The notes under the pieces were generated by a model. That model was not told the origin of the DNA. It made no database searches and worked only from the letters and a program-made list of their open reading frames with translations. A stretch of 60,161 bases of DNA, the filler included. It is 7 parts of 7 records of this genome, joined end to end, with 100 filler letters (N's around TTAATTAATTAA, not from the genome) between each part and the next. Parts side by side here need not be neighbours in the genome. Positions count along the whole stretch, not along the records: positions 11,291 to 20,120 come from SRR31147125_31821; positions 20,221 to 28,567 come from SRR31147125_31822; 5 more parts are not named here. One strand, written 5' to 3'. Below are positions 11,291 through 22,042 of the stretch, piece after piece; the stretch's first letter is position 1; each line of letters begins with the position of its first letter. Both the position numbers and the translations under genes were made by a program.

Positions 11291-11715
11291 TTATTATATG
11301 CCTTTTTCTTTGATTTATAAATTCCTCGAACTTCCTGGCATTTAATTTTTTCATTAAAAACAAAGTTTACTCGTTCCAATTCAAAAGCGTCAATTACTTT
11401 TAAAAGGCTATCATCTTTACTTCCATCATTTATTACAATAACCTCAAAATTGGTGTAATATAGAGCAAGTAATGCTTTTACGTTCTCAACAATATTTAAT
11501 GATTCATTAAAGGCAGGAGCTAAAATTGAAATATTGGGTGCAAATGGAGAAGATAGAACTTCAGTGCTACTACTTATCTTTGCGGTAAAATAAAATTTTC
11601 GCAACACAAAAGCAGAAATTACCGCCAATATAAAGTACACAGAAAAAATACTCAATGCGTAATAAAGAATAAAATTCTCAACCCAAAATGATATTATTTT
11701 ACCTACCACTTCCAT
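11291..11715 (-). CDS. Membrane GT2 glycosyltransferase (PgaC/IcaA/YaiP-like synthase), N-terminal part
   Basis: N-terminal TM helix, ISILAPAFNE, EVIVINDGSKD; truncated by the spacer. Confidence 0.85.
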
Positions 11716-13115
11716 TAGTTTCTTGGATCTTTAATGTGTTCTATGTAAGGTTCTAAATCGAGTTCTGAGTTCTCATTAAATTCAGACAGGTGATTAATCC
11801 CAATTTCTCCCATGTTGTATACTACCCGACAAGCGGCAAGCCTAAATTCAATATCATCCCCCTTCAAAATACTATCAAGAAAGTTAAAATCACTCTCATT
11901 TCCCAGATTTTTCATTGCATCAATTATTTCTAGCTTATTGCGTCTTGTTTCATCGTGGTACTTGCTTTTAATAATTTCTTTAGCATTCAGTATGCTCATG
12001 TTGTTTACAGCCTGAAAAGCATATAAACGTGTTTGATCATTCTCATGATCAAGCATCGAGATTATTACATCGGAACTTTCAGTTTGTTGATAATAATTGG
12101 TCATTCGAATACAAAAATCCTGAACATCATTATTCGTTGAACGAATCCACTGTTCAAAAGAGGGCACTTCCTTTTCATGAAGTTTCACAAAATTCAATGC
12201 ATTAAGCTGAGCCCATTGAGTAAACGGTCTCTTCAGGTTATCCAGAAAATCAAATGAAGCTGCCTCATCCAAATACACATAAGCTATTTGTGCCTCATTT
12301 CTAACCATATCATTTTTATCGCGAATATATCTTACAATAATATTTTTTGCGCCAGACGGATACATATTAGATAGTTCCCGAATACCCTGAATTCGTTTAT
12401 GAAAAAATATCGATGATATTTTCCGGATGGACTCATATTGCAAGCCTAGACGTAAATACAACATTAAAATCCGATCGCTATATTCGCCACTCAGGTTATT
12501 CAAATAGTTAAATAAAATTTCAATCAGAATCTTCCTGCCAGATGTAGTCTTTACTTTTCCCAACTTCTGAACTGTTTCAACAGCCTGAATCTCTTCAAAA
12601 AGAAAGCTAGTCAATACATTTTCAAAACGTTCCCTTAAACTTGCATAGTATTTTTCTCTGGTATTTTTAACCAGATTTGACAATAGAACAACAAATGCAA
12701 CAAAAAATACATTAAAAAAGAATGCGATGATAAGACTGAAAAGAACAATTAACAACGGCACATTAAAAATAACTTCAATCACATAATCATAAACAGGTTC
12801 AGCTTTTGATCCAAATATCTGATGCCCTATTTCCAGAAACTTTTGTTTTGCTTCATCCTTTCTGCTAGTCCAAAAGTTTTTATGTGGTATGTTTTCCGAT
12901 TTCTTCTGCCAATATTCCCTGCGTTCTTCCGGGCTTGAAAATCGTTGTGGATCAGCACTGCTTTCAAGCAACGAAAGGTCTCTTATAGGTTGGTAAAGCT
13001 GGTGTTCAGAAACTGGTGCTTTTTCAAAAGAATTTACGTCAGCGGCCAAAACTGCTCCTGTGCTAAAGAACAGCACACAAATAATAAAAATGATATGGAG
13101 CAACTTATTATTCAT
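11715..13115 (-). CDS. Signal-peptide plus TM-anchored HEAT-repeat protein
   Basis: Signal-like N-terminus, one long hydrophobic helix (VPLLIVLFSLIIAFFFNVFFVAFVVLL), HEAT-like repeats (DKNDMVRNEAQIA, HENDQTRLYAFQA, DDIEFRLAACRV). Confidence 0.7.
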   Translation of the reverse strand: MNNKLLHIIFIICVLFFSTGAVLAADVNSFEKAPVSEHQLYQPIRDLSLLESSADPQRFSSPEERREYWQKKSENIPHKNFWTSRKDEAKQKFLEIGHQIFGSKAEPVYDYVIEVIFNVPLLIVLFSLIIAFFFNVFFVAFVVLLSNLVKNTREKYYASLRERFENVLTSFLFEEIQAVETVQKLGKVKTTSGRKILIEILFNYLNNLSGEYSDRILMLYLRLGLQYESIRKISSIFFHKRIQGIRELSNMYPSGAKNIIVRYIRDKNDMVRNEAQIAYVYLDEAASFDFLDNLKRPFTQWAQLNALNFVKLHEKEVPSFEQWIRSTNNDVQDFCIRMTNYYQQTESSDVIISMLDHENDQTRLYAFQAVNNMSILNAKEIIKSKYHDETRRNKLEIIDAMKNLGNESDFNFLDSILKGDDIEFRLAACRVVYNMGEIGINHLSEFNENSELDLEPYIEHIKDPRN

Positions 13116-14411
13116 TTAAAATAAAAATGATATCGCACTTCTTAATATGAGTTGATTTCTTCTTCTTTCAAAATCATATTCTGAATTTACAAACCCAGTC
13201 TCAAATTCCAATGAGACTAATTTTGACACCCGCTGCTTCCATTGCATTTCAATTCGCCAGGTATCCAATCCATCTCTCGGTGGACCTGAAGTATAAAACA
13301 CGGGGTTTTCAGTTGATGTTCCCGTTCCAATCAGCCATTGGACATAACTCATTTCTGGTTTGAGGAATGTTCTTACAGAAAGTGAATATCTAAAAAAAGT
13401 ATCGTCTCCGTTATCAATTACATAAGGTCTGAAAGAAACCCAAAAACCATTAAAGTATTTTCCAATTGAACCTGTATATATATCAACATTTACATCAGGA
13501 ACTTCGATAGGAGTAAAATGCATATATCGATAGCCAAACGAAAATTCTATATTGCTTCTTTTAAAAACATGATAATACTCTGCGCCAATCCGGCTCTTTG
13601 GAAAAAGGACATCATCGGAAAAGGCATAATTCAAATACATGTAATTGTATTTATTGAACCTAGGATAGCATTCCAATGAATACTGAAGAGATACATCAGT
13701 ATCATAAATCGACTCACCTTCTTCAACAAGATCACCAACATAAACTTTTGCAGAATAAAGCCCTAAAGATGTGTTTCGTCCATACCCAAAGGAACTCATA
13801 TGCCAACGGCGTTGAAAAGGTTTGTTATGCCCATCGACATAATGCTCTATACGGAACTCATTTTTCCACTCCCGCATTTCGATTGTCCTCAATATCTCCT
13901 TCCCTTTTTTATTCGAAGGATAATCTTTTAACAACTCATTCCCACTTTCAACAGCTAAATCATAATTCCCGGAAGCAAAATCTGCATTCGCAATTTTTAG
14001 CAGTAACTTTTCATTGTTGGGGAAAATATCAAGCGCTTCTTTTGCTACTCTTTTAGACGAACTGTAATCCTCATTCCAAAGAAAAAAATCGGAAAGGGCT
14101 AAATGTGCATCAAGATTTTCCTTGTCATCACGAATAAACTTACTTATTTCATTTATTGCATCTACATAATCTCTGCCCCAAGCCATAACCCTTGCCTTAA
14201 GAATGTATGCATCGCTATATTCCGGATATTGATCTAAAAGCTCTTCAGCCATTGAAATGGCTTTTTTATACTTGCCCGCTATTGCTTTATCATGAGCTGC
14301 ATGCATCAATGAATCGGCATTAAATATTATCTGGGCAAATACTGGAGCTTGAAATGAAATCGCAATTAGTAAAAAAGTAAGCTTCAGTAACAGTTGTCCC
14401 TTTTTCATCAT
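13116..14411 (-). CDS. TPR plus YaiO-family outer-membrane beta-barrel protein
   Basis: Signal peptide, N-terminal TPRs (ARVMAWGRDY), amphipathic beta strands (ECYPRFNKYNYMYLNYAFS, FPKSRIGAEYY), terminal Phe. Confidence 0.78.
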   Translation of the reverse strand: MMKKGQLLLKLTFLLIAISFQAPVFAQIIFNADSLMHAAHDKAIAGKYKKAISMAEELLDQYPEYSDAYILKARVMAWGRDYVDAINEISKFIRDDKENLDAHLALSDFFLWNEDYSSSKRVAKEALDIFPNNEKLLLKIANADFASGNYDLAVESGNELLKDYPSNKKGKEILRTIEMREWKNEFRIEHYVDGHNKPFQRRWHMSSFGYGRNTSLGLYSAKVYVGDLVEEGESIYDTDVSLQYSLECYPRFNKYNYMYLNYAFSDDVLFPKSRIGAEYYHVFKRSNIEFSFGYRYMHFTPIEVPDVNVDIYTGSIGKYFNGFWVSFRPYVIDNGDDTFFRYSLSVRTFLKPEMSYVQWLIGTGTSTENPVFYTSGPPRDGLDTWRIEMQWKQRVSKLVSLEFETGFVNSEYDFERRRNQLILRSAISFLF

Positions 14412-14770
14412 GTAGATAGGAGTTTTCTTATTCGGATTGTTAGTTCACTTAAACTAAACGGTTTAACAACGTAATCATCTGCACCTAATTCAAAAGCTTT
14501 CAATACTGTATCCTCAGCACCATCAGCAGACAAAACCAAAATTGGGGTTTTTCTATTCCATTCATTTCTTACAGTATTAATCACCTCATGCCCATTTACA
14601 AATGGCATATACAAATCAGTAATTAATAAATCAACCTCATTGTCCTGTAAATGTTCTAAACATTCCTTACCATTTAAAACTTTAACTACATCATAACCAT
14701 CTTTCTGAAGTTTATGGTTAATGGTTTCTAGAATCAATTTGTTATCTTCAGCTACAAGAATCTTTTTCAT
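14408..14770 (-). CDS. Single-domain (CheY-like) response regulator
   Basis: MKKILVAEDN, LLITDLYMP (phospho-Asp), GADDYVVKPF; no output domain; stop overlaps the YaiO start. Confidence 0.9.
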   Translation of the reverse strand: MKKILVAEDNKLILETINHKLQKDGYDVVKVLNGKECLEHLQDNEVDLLITDLYMPFVNGHEVINTVRNEWNRKTPILVLSADGAEDTVLKAFELGADDYVVKPFSLSELTIRIRKLLST

Positions 14771-15164
14771 GGAATAGGAATTAACATATTTGTAATAAAA
14801 CAATCTAACTTACAGTCTGATCAAGTCATTTTCTAACTTACTACCACTTGATGAACTATTACCCTACTAAAAATATCAGGCATTTAGAACTACAATGGAT
14901 ATACAAATTATCACTATTGAATCATATATTCAAACGAATCAATAGAAATATTTCAGAAAAAATAATCAGAAAAGAATGACCGCTTGATGTTTTGTAAAAT
15001 TCTCCGACTAAAATAGCTAAAAAATATGTTATCTGAAGTGGTAGCTTATTAAAATGTATATAGGTATCGCAGATATTTTGTTCTTTTGTAGAAATGCATT
15101 CAATTTTTAATTGAATTTTAGTGCTAAGCACTTGAATTATTTATAAACAAAACCTTTTAAACGA

Positions 15165-15904
15165 ATGAAATTCATTTGTATAATTCCTGCACGCTACCAA
15201 TCGACACGTCTCCCTGGCAAACCTCTTGCACAGTTGAGTGAAAAAACAATCATTCAACATGTTTATGAAAATGCAAAAAAATCAATTGAACATGTTTGGG
15301 TTGCTACCGATGATGAACGAATTGCCAAAGAAGTTTCTAATTTCGGGGGACAATTTGTAATGACAAGTTCACATCATCAAAGCGGAACAGACCGATGTGC
15401 CGAAGCTGCTGAAATTATATCCAACAAAATTGATTTTGATGTTGTTGTAAACATACAAGGCGATGAACCTTTTGTACGAACAGAACAAGTTGAGGCCTTA
15501 AAATCATGCTTCACTGACAAGAATACAGAAATAGCAACACTTGTTAAAGTAATTGAGGACAAGGAAACGTTATTTAATCCAAATCGACCAAAAGTTGTTC
15601 TCGATAAAAAAATGAATGCATTGCTTTTTAGCCGTTCAACCATCCCATTTATTCGTGGAGTTGAGAAAGATCAATGGCTATCAGAAACAACATTTTACAG
15701 CCATTTGGGAATGTATGCTTACAAAACTGAAGTTCTGAAAGAAATTACCAAACTTGAACAAACCCCGCTTGAAATCTCGGAATCACTAGAACAACTTCGC
15801 TGGCTTGAAAATGGATACAACATAAAAACAGCGATTACTGAATTGAGAGCATCGGGATTGATACTCCTGAAGATTTGGAATATGCAAAATCATTTTTGAA
15901 ATAA
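15165..15904 (+). CDS. kdsB: 3-deoxy-manno-octulosonate cytidylyltransferase (apparent 1-nt frameshift at ~15841)
   Basis: IIPARYQSTRLPGKPL, SGTDR, NIQGDEP, ESLEQLRWLE. The canonical end SIGIDTPEDLEYAKSFLK* is in the -1 frame and stops at 15904. Confidence 0.93.
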
Positions 15905-15933
15905 AAGTTTAACAACTCATTCAATTAAAAAAT

Positions 15934-16413
15934 TTGATTAAAAAAATAATCAGTGGTGGACAAACCGGGGTTGACCGGGCAGCATTAGATGCCTGTCTTG
16001 AATTCAATTTTCCTTGTGGAGGTTGGTGCACTGCCGGTCGTAAAGCTGAGGATGGTGAAATTGATATTAAATATCCACTCCGTGAAATTTGGAGTATAAG
16101 TTATGAAGACCGAACAAAAAAGAACGTTCGGGAATCCGATGCAACGCTAATAATCTACCAGAATGAACTTAGCGGAGGCACATTGCTTACTCACAATTAC
16201 GCAAAAGAAATCGGGCAACCCATATTTCTATTCAAGACTGCCCCATTTTTTATTGATGAGCCACTCGGGCAACTAATTCATTTTCTTGAACTAAATCAAG
16301 TCGGAACACTAAATATTGCTGGTCCGCGAGCTAGTCAGTGGAAAGAGGGATATAACATTAGCAAGTTGATATGCTCGAAGCTGATCAACTTAATCAGGAA
16401 TGAAATAATATAA
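15934..16413 (+). CDS. SLOG-superfamily protein (circularly permuted YpsA / 'putative molybdenum carrier' family)
   Basis: IISGGQTGVDRAALD, GGWC..GRKAEDG, RTKKNVRESDATL, LNIAGPRAS. Confidence 0.85.
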   Translation: MIKKIISGGQTGVDRAALDACLEFNFPCGGWCTAGRKAEDGEIDIKYPLREIWSISYEDRTKKNVRESDATLIIYQNELSGGTLLTHNYAKEIGQPIFLFKTAPFFIDEPLGQLIHFLELNQVGTLNIAGPRASQWKEGYNISKLICSKLINLIRNEII

Positions 16414-16471
16414 ATTCATTAAAAAATTTCCAGTACTCACAGCTCAACTAAGCTCTATTGTACGAACTATG

Positions 16472-18424
16472 CTATTTTGCAATAATCTTTAAGTTAAGTT
16501 CATCCTGCAATTTTAGATTTTTTGCTTTCAAATTAATTCGATAAATCCTGTCACCCCACTTTTTAAGAATACCTTGATCTTCTTCAGTTTCTAACTTAAT
16601 CTTTTCAATTTTGGGAGTGTATTTAGAAGCAGGATAATATATCACAAAATCTTTTGGCTGATTATCCATTCCTACAAAATGTATTACTATTTCACCAGGT
16701 TTAAGAACTTCAGCAGGATATATCGTCATCAAATGCTGTGTAATACTTGATGATCTTGACAATTGATAATTATCCGTAACTGAAACTTGTTTCCCTCGTT
16801 TAAAATCAATTGTACGTCTCCAGCTATCTACATAAGCTTCTTCTGGATATGCCTGGTTTATATTCAATGAAAACTTAACTGATTTTTTTGAAGATTGATA
16901 AGTAATATCGGAGGCTTTATATTCTTTCCCTGGCAATTGATCAATTCCATTTATGCTTGGCAAATTATGGAAATCCGAACAATTGTACCAAATATCATAA
17001 CGCTGACTACTAAACGTACGCTTTGTGTAAGTTCCACGCCCAACATCAATAAGCAAAGGCACTCCATCATAATAAACAACAAAATTACCGATATCATTAT
17101 GATTATGGCTTTCTGCATTATGCCCGCCTTTTGCAGCTACAAAAAAGCCATCGGTTTTACCATCAAAATCTCTGGCAACCATCACTTGCAAGTCAGGCAA
17201 CCATACATCTTTAGGTAGAGGTAACGATTTTTCATTCTTGGAAAATTCTTCCTGAAGAAATAATTCATACAGATTTCTAAAAAAATGAAAAGCATAAACT
17301 CCGTCTTTTTTCTCTGAACGATAATAAGAGCCAAATGCAGTCATTTTATCATCTTTTATTGCTTTCCCAAAACGATATATCATACTGGCATCCATTCCCG
17401 GTTTTGGGTCGGCATCAGCAAAGTTCAAAAAATAATCCTCACTTATTTGAGCCTTATAAATGTACTTTCCCATATTTTGCACTTTCTCATCTGAAAACAC
17501 AAAATCGAAAGCTCCATTGGTAGCCTCAGTCAACATAGCCAGGTTATCAAACAACGAAGCAGCTGCAGCTCCCCAATAGCTTGGTCCTTCGTCGCACCCC
17601 CCATCGTTTGGATATGGATTTAAAAACTGATCCAGGATGTCAGCAATTCTGTGAACCATTTTAGCTCTTTTCACATTGTCTTTTTCAAGAATTAATGCTG
17701 CATTTAACCAGTTCGAACAAATCCACGGATTCCAATTATTTGGCAGTTTTCCACCAAACTTTTCACCCATCCACCAATGTGATTTTTGCATTACTGGTTC
17801 AAAAATTCGCTTATTGGTTTCATCGTATATTCTTTTGCGAATTTGAGGAGATACTTCATCGAGTTTATCACCAAAAAAATAATCAACCCACGATAAATAT
17901 GCTCCGGTTTCAGCAGCGAACAAATCAACTCTGGGATCTGTAACATCAACCAAACCTTTGTAGTTATCACCACCAGGCAGATGTGCAGGAATACCCCACC
18001 AGGATTCTTCACAAATTGACCAAACACCGTCAATTATTTGATCGATAAAACGTCCTTTATTTTCATAAATCTCAGCAAGCAGTAATGTTCCCAGAACTTT
18101 TCTTTTTTTAAAACTTATTGTCTCGTATTCAGTTCTATTCCCATTTCTTACAATTAATAGTGATTTTGTAGCAGGAATATATGGCCATTCATAATCAAGA
18201 AAGCCTTCAGCCCTCTTCAGGTAAAATTTAAGCATACTTTCATCGGCATTTTGCCAATTTATTCGATCATCTAATTTTGGGAAAGGCTCATAATCTGCCT
18301 GGGGAATTAATAATGACTGTAGTTCTTCAAGAGAATATTTTGATCCGATGAGATTTTCTTGTGCAATCGAATGCATGAAGAGTCCTAAAAAAAGGGAGAA
18401 AAATAAGGTTACTAGCTTGTTCAT
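16472..18424 (-). CDS. Heparinase II/III-like polysaccharide lyase, exported
   Basis: Signal peptide from MNKLV (18424); NNWNPW, DGGCDEGPSYW, NFADA, KGGHNAESHNHNDIGNF, HNLP motifs. Confidence 0.85.
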   Translation of the reverse strand: MNKLVTLFFSLFLGLFMHSIAQENLIGSKYSLEELQSLLIPQADYEPFPKLDDRINWQNADESMLKFYLKRAEGFLDYEWPYIPATKSLLIVRNGNRTEYETISFKKRKVLGTLLLAEIYENKGRFIDQIIDGVWSICEESWWGIPAHLPGGDNYKGLVDVTDPRVDLFAAETGAYLSWVDYFFGDKLDEVSPQIRKRIYDETNKRIFEPVMQKSHWWMGEKFGGKLPNNWNPWICSNWLNAALILEKDNVKRAKMVHRIADILDQFLNPYPNDGGCDEGPSYWGAAAASLFDNLAMLTEATNGAFDFVFSDEKVQNMGKYIYKAQISEDYFLNFADADPKPGMDASMIYRFGKAIKDDKMTAFGSYYRSEKKDGVYAFHFFRNLYELFLQEEFSKNEKSLPLPKDVWLPDLQVMVARDFDGKTDGFFVAAKGGHNAESHNHNDIGNFVVYYDGVPLLIDVGRGTYTKRTFSSQRYDIWYNCSDFHNLPSINGIDQLPGKEYKASDITYQSSKKSVKFSLNINQAYPEEAYVDSWRRTIDFKRGKQVSVTDNYQLSRSSSITQHLMTIYPAEVLKPGEIVIHFVGMDNQPKDFVIYYPASKYTPKIEKIKLETEEDQGILKKWGDRIYRINLKAKNLKLQDELNLKIIAK

Positions 18425-18645
18425 GTTGGTATGTGTTAGGTTCCTTACAAATATAGTATAAAGAAGTTCATGTTTAAACATTCAAAAAAATTAGTGAATA
18501 TGATTTAAGAACTCGAAAAAAGCATAAAATACAGCATCACATAATAACTGCCATTCTAAATACGACAAAAAAAGAACAATCTCATACCGTGAGTGTTGTC
18601 TTTCTGCGTATAGGTAATTACTTACCTCTTGAAAGATTATAAAAA

Positions 18646-20120
18646 ATGAATGAAACTATTTTAGAAAAATCAATCACCTTGACAAAGCAACCAAACGAAC
18701 AAGAACCAATCCAACAGTTTTTAGCCAAGCTAAAACATAAAATGAAACAGGTCTATCACCAACGAAGTAATATTAGCCAGTTAGCACAGCAGAGGGGTTT
18801 ACCACCTTTTGCCTTGCGTGAAATCATGTCTACAAACCCACTTTCAATAGGTATTCCGAAAGAATACGGTGGGCGTGGAGCAGTTATGAGTGAAAACATA
18901 GCACTACTGGAAGCTGCTTCTTATGAGTCTCTTGCACTTTCGTTAACCTTTGGAATTAACTCTGCTCTTTTCTTACAACCTGTTGGAAAATATGCACTAG
19001 ACGAAGCAAAACCCCCAGTATTCAAGCGTTTCATTGAACAACAGAACATGGGTGGTTTAATGATTACCGAACCCGATTTTGGAAGCGATGCACTGAATAT
19101 GCAAACATTCTTTACTGAAGATAAAGGTCAGTTTCATCTGCAAGGAAAAAAACACTGGGCAGGTCTTACAGGCTGGGCAGATTTCTGGTTGTTAACAGCC
19201 AGACAAAAATCTGAAAGTGGTGATTTATTAAGGGATATTGATTTCTTTATTTGTGACGTCACTCAAGCAGATCAGGGAATTAAAGTAGAAGAATTTTATG
19301 ACAATTTGGGACTTTACCAAATTCCTTATGGACGCAATCATATTGATGTAAAAATACCCAAAGCTCAAAAGCTGAAACCCCAGAGCACTGGTGTTAAAAT
19401 GATGCTTGACCTGCTTCATCGCAGTCGGATGCAATTTCCGGGAATGGGAATGGGTTTTATAAACCGAATGCTAGACGAAGCACTAACGCACTGCAAAGAA
19501 CGCTTGGTTGGTGGAAAAAGCTTATTCAATTACGACCAGGTGCAAAGCCGACTTGCAAAGTTACAAGCATCGTTTACAGTTTGTTCTGCGATGTGTGCAA
19601 ACAGCAGTAAGGTTGCGGGAATTGATAAAGACCTTACAGGAATTGGGATTGAAGCCAATGCTGTAAAATCAGTGATTACAGATTTGATGCAGGAAGCTGC
19701 ACAATCGCTGACTCAATTAGTCGGAGCAAAAGCTTACCGCAATAGTCATATCGGTGGGCGTGGAATTACAGACAGCCGACCTTTCCAGATATTTGAAGGC
19801 TCAAATGACATCTTGTATGCTCAAATTTCCGAAGGTATTATTAAGCAAATGAAACGGATGAAAGAGAAAAACTTCTTTCAATTCTTAAAAGGGAATGAAT
19901 TAACCAGCCGTTCTGCCGAGCAGCTTAAAAAACTCTTCAACTTTGAACTAAACGCACAGCTTTCACAACGAAAGCTGGTTGAGCTTGGACAAGTAATTGG
20001 TCGTGTTATTTCCATGGAGATGGTTCATAAATTGGCAGATGATGGTTTCCGAAACGATTTAATTCAAGGAGGAATAGATATGCTACAGGAAGAAATTTCG
20101 GCAATCATGAGCAACTTCAA
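18646..20120 (+). CDS. Acyl-CoA dehydrogenase family protein, truncated at contig end
   Basis: IPKEYGGRG, GGLMITEPDFGSDA, LQGKKHW, QIFEGSNDIL. Confidence 0.88.
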
Positions 20121-20220
20121 NNNNNNNNNNNNNNNNNNNNNNNNNNNNNNNNNNNNNNNNNNNNTTAATTAATTAANNNNNNNNNNNNNNNNNNNNNNNN
20201 NNNNNNNNNNNNNNNNNNNN
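20121..20220. other. Artificial contig spacer
   Basis: N44-TTAATTAATTAA-N44; sharp GC increase after it. Confidence 0.98.
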
Positions 20221-20222
20221 AA

Positions 20223-21059
20223 AAAGGGCCGGGTCAGCTCTGGGAGCATCTGGCCGAGCTTGTACAGGAACTGGGCGGCGAGATCCGGATGAACACCAAA
20301 GCCGTCTCATTCAACAGCCAGGACAACCGCGTCACCTCGGTGACTGTTGAAGCGGACGGGAAAACAGAAACGCTTACCAGCGATTACTTCGTCTCCTCAA
20401 TGCCGGTTAAAGACCTCGTTGCCGGCCTGGGAAACGCTGTTCCCGAAGACATCCGAGACATCGCGGCTGCTCTTCCCTACCGGGATTTCATCACAGTCGG
20501 CCTCTTGATGAAAAAGCTGGAGCTTAAAAACGAAACCAAGATGAAGACTGTTTCAGGAATCGTGCCCGACAGCTGGATTTATATCCAGGAGCGGGACGTC
20601 AAGATTGGACGGCTTCAAATTTTCAACAACTGGTCGCCGTATATGGTGAGCGATCTTGAAAACACGGTATTCGTGGGGCTTGAATATTTCTGCGACGAAG
20701 GCGACGAACTGTGGAATATGGCAGACGCTGATTTCATCGACATGGCAACGGACGAGCTGGAGAAGATCGGCGTTATCCGCCGCGAAAACGTTTTGGACAG
20801 CGTTCGGCTGCGTGTTAAAAAAGCGTATCCCGCCTATTTTGGTTCGTACTCGGAATTTGGGCGCGTGCGAGCGAGCCTCGACACCTTAGAAAATCTCTAT
20901 TGCGTCGGGCGAAACGGCCAGCACAAATACAACAATATGGACCATTCCATGCTGACGGCGATTGAAGCCGTGACGGCGATCAAAGACGGCAAAGCCAGTA
21001 AAAACGACATCTGGAACGTCAATACCGAAACAGAGTACCATGAGACGAAAAAGAGTTGA
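20223..21059 (+). CDS. NAD(P)/FAD-dependent oxidoreductase (protoporphyrinogen-oxidase/UGM-like), 5' truncated
   Basis: Frame open from the contig edge (KGPGQLWE); WIYIQE, KAYPAYFG, GRNGQHKYNNMDHSMLTA. Confidence 0.8.
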   Translation, partial: KGPGQLWEHLAELVQELGGEIRMNTKAVSFNSQDNRVTSVTVEADGKTETLTSDYFVSSMPVKDLVAGLGNAVPEDIRDIAAALPYRDFITVGLLMKKLELKNETKMKTVSGIVPDSWIYIQERDVKIGRLQIFNNWSPYMVSDLENTVFVGLEYFCDEGDELWNMADADFIDMATDELEKIGVIRRENVLDSVRLRVKKAYPAYFGSYSEFGRVRASLDTLENLYCVGRNGQHKYNNMDHSMLTAIEAVTAIKDGKASKNDIWNVNTETEYHETKKS

Positions 21060-21100
21060 CGCTGCCATGCAGCTATAACGCCCAACCCCCAAACCCATAC

Positions 21101-21138
21101 AAAAAGACCGTGGTTTTATAGGAAACCACGGTCTTTTT
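21101..21138. terminator. Bidirectional intrinsic terminator
   Basis: AAAAAGACCGTGGTTT / AAACCACGGTCTTTTT perfect inverted repeat between convergent genes. Confidence 0.85.
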
Positions 21139-21152
21139 ATGTAGTTTGAGTT

Positions 21153-21527
21153 TTAGCCTGTCAGAACCGGTTTAACCGGCTGCTTTGTAAAAATACTGTC
21201 CAGCGCAAAGACGATGACAAAAACAGCTGAGACAACGGCCCATATGAGCATGTCGCTATATTCGCCCATTTTGTAAAAACCGATGACCGCTTCGGCCAGA
21301 TATACAGTACCCGCCGTAAAACTGCCGAGCTTACTGTCACACATGATAATGGCAATAAGTCCGCCCACCAGAAATGCAGACATCGTGACGGAGCCCGTCT
21401 TTGGCCCAAGACTTCCCAGCACATCCCCGGCTGCGTTCGTGATGACAGCCAGCGCATAGGTTTGCAGTGCCGTCACCGCCGCTATGAGAACGCTGACAAC
21501 ACCAATAATGATTTTAACAACCTTCAT
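21153..21527 (-). CDS. Small membrane protein, about 4 TM, unknown function
   Basis: GGGAGG RBS upstream; four hydrophobic segments. Confidence 0.7.
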   Translation of the reverse strand: MKVVKIIIGVVSVLIAAVTALQTYALAVITNAAGDVLGSLGPKTGSVTMSAFLVGGLIAIIMCDSKLGSFTAGTVYLAEAVIGFYKMGEYSDMLIWAVVSAVFVIVFALDSIFTKQPVKPVLTG

Positions 21528-21678
21528 TAAACGTCCTCCCTGTCTGTTGTATATTTTACCGCTTCTGCGATAAGGTACACAGATAAAAGAGTGACTGTAC
21601 CGTTTATTCAGTCGGGGTTTGAAGGTACTGGCCTTTTGATACGTCCGGCTGCACGCGGCTCAGCGGAATTCAGCCCTG

Positions 21679-21873
21679 CTATATGATGACCTTCTTTGTC
21701 TTCTGGTCGTCTTTTTTTGTTTTCAAAACCTTTTTCTCGCTGAGCTTTTCTTCCGGCTCAAGCTCCAGGGTATCCGGCGTTTCAACGACCTCTTCGTCAT
21801 CCCAGGAAATCGTCATGCCGTCCATCTTAACCATTTTACCTTTTAAATTTTCGTTTTTTTCGACCAGCGCCAT
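21679..21873 (-). CDS. Small charged hypothetical protein (64 aa)
   Basis: Strong AAAGGAGG RBS before the ATG; acidic middle and basic tail. Confidence 0.6.
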   Translation of the reverse strand: MALVEKNENLKGKMVKMDGMTISWDDEEVVETPDTLELEPEEKLSEKKVLKTKKDDQKTKKVII

Positions 21874-21994
21874 AAAAAACGCCTCCTTTACTACAACACA
21901 ATTGTAGCAAATCGCTTCACTTTCGTCAACCGAAACGGCGGACAGTCACGCCAGTAATAAATTACCATGCGATGCGCGCGAGCCCTGTCGAAAT

Positions 21995-22038
21995 AAAGGC
22001 GCTGTCTTCCCTTCCGGTCGGAAAACAGCGCCTTTTTA
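21995..22038. terminator. Intrinsic terminator downstream of the CPBP gene
   Basis: AAAGGCGCTGT / ACAGCGCCTTT inverted repeat flanked by A/T tracts. Confidence 0.75.
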
Positions 22039-22042
22039 TTTG

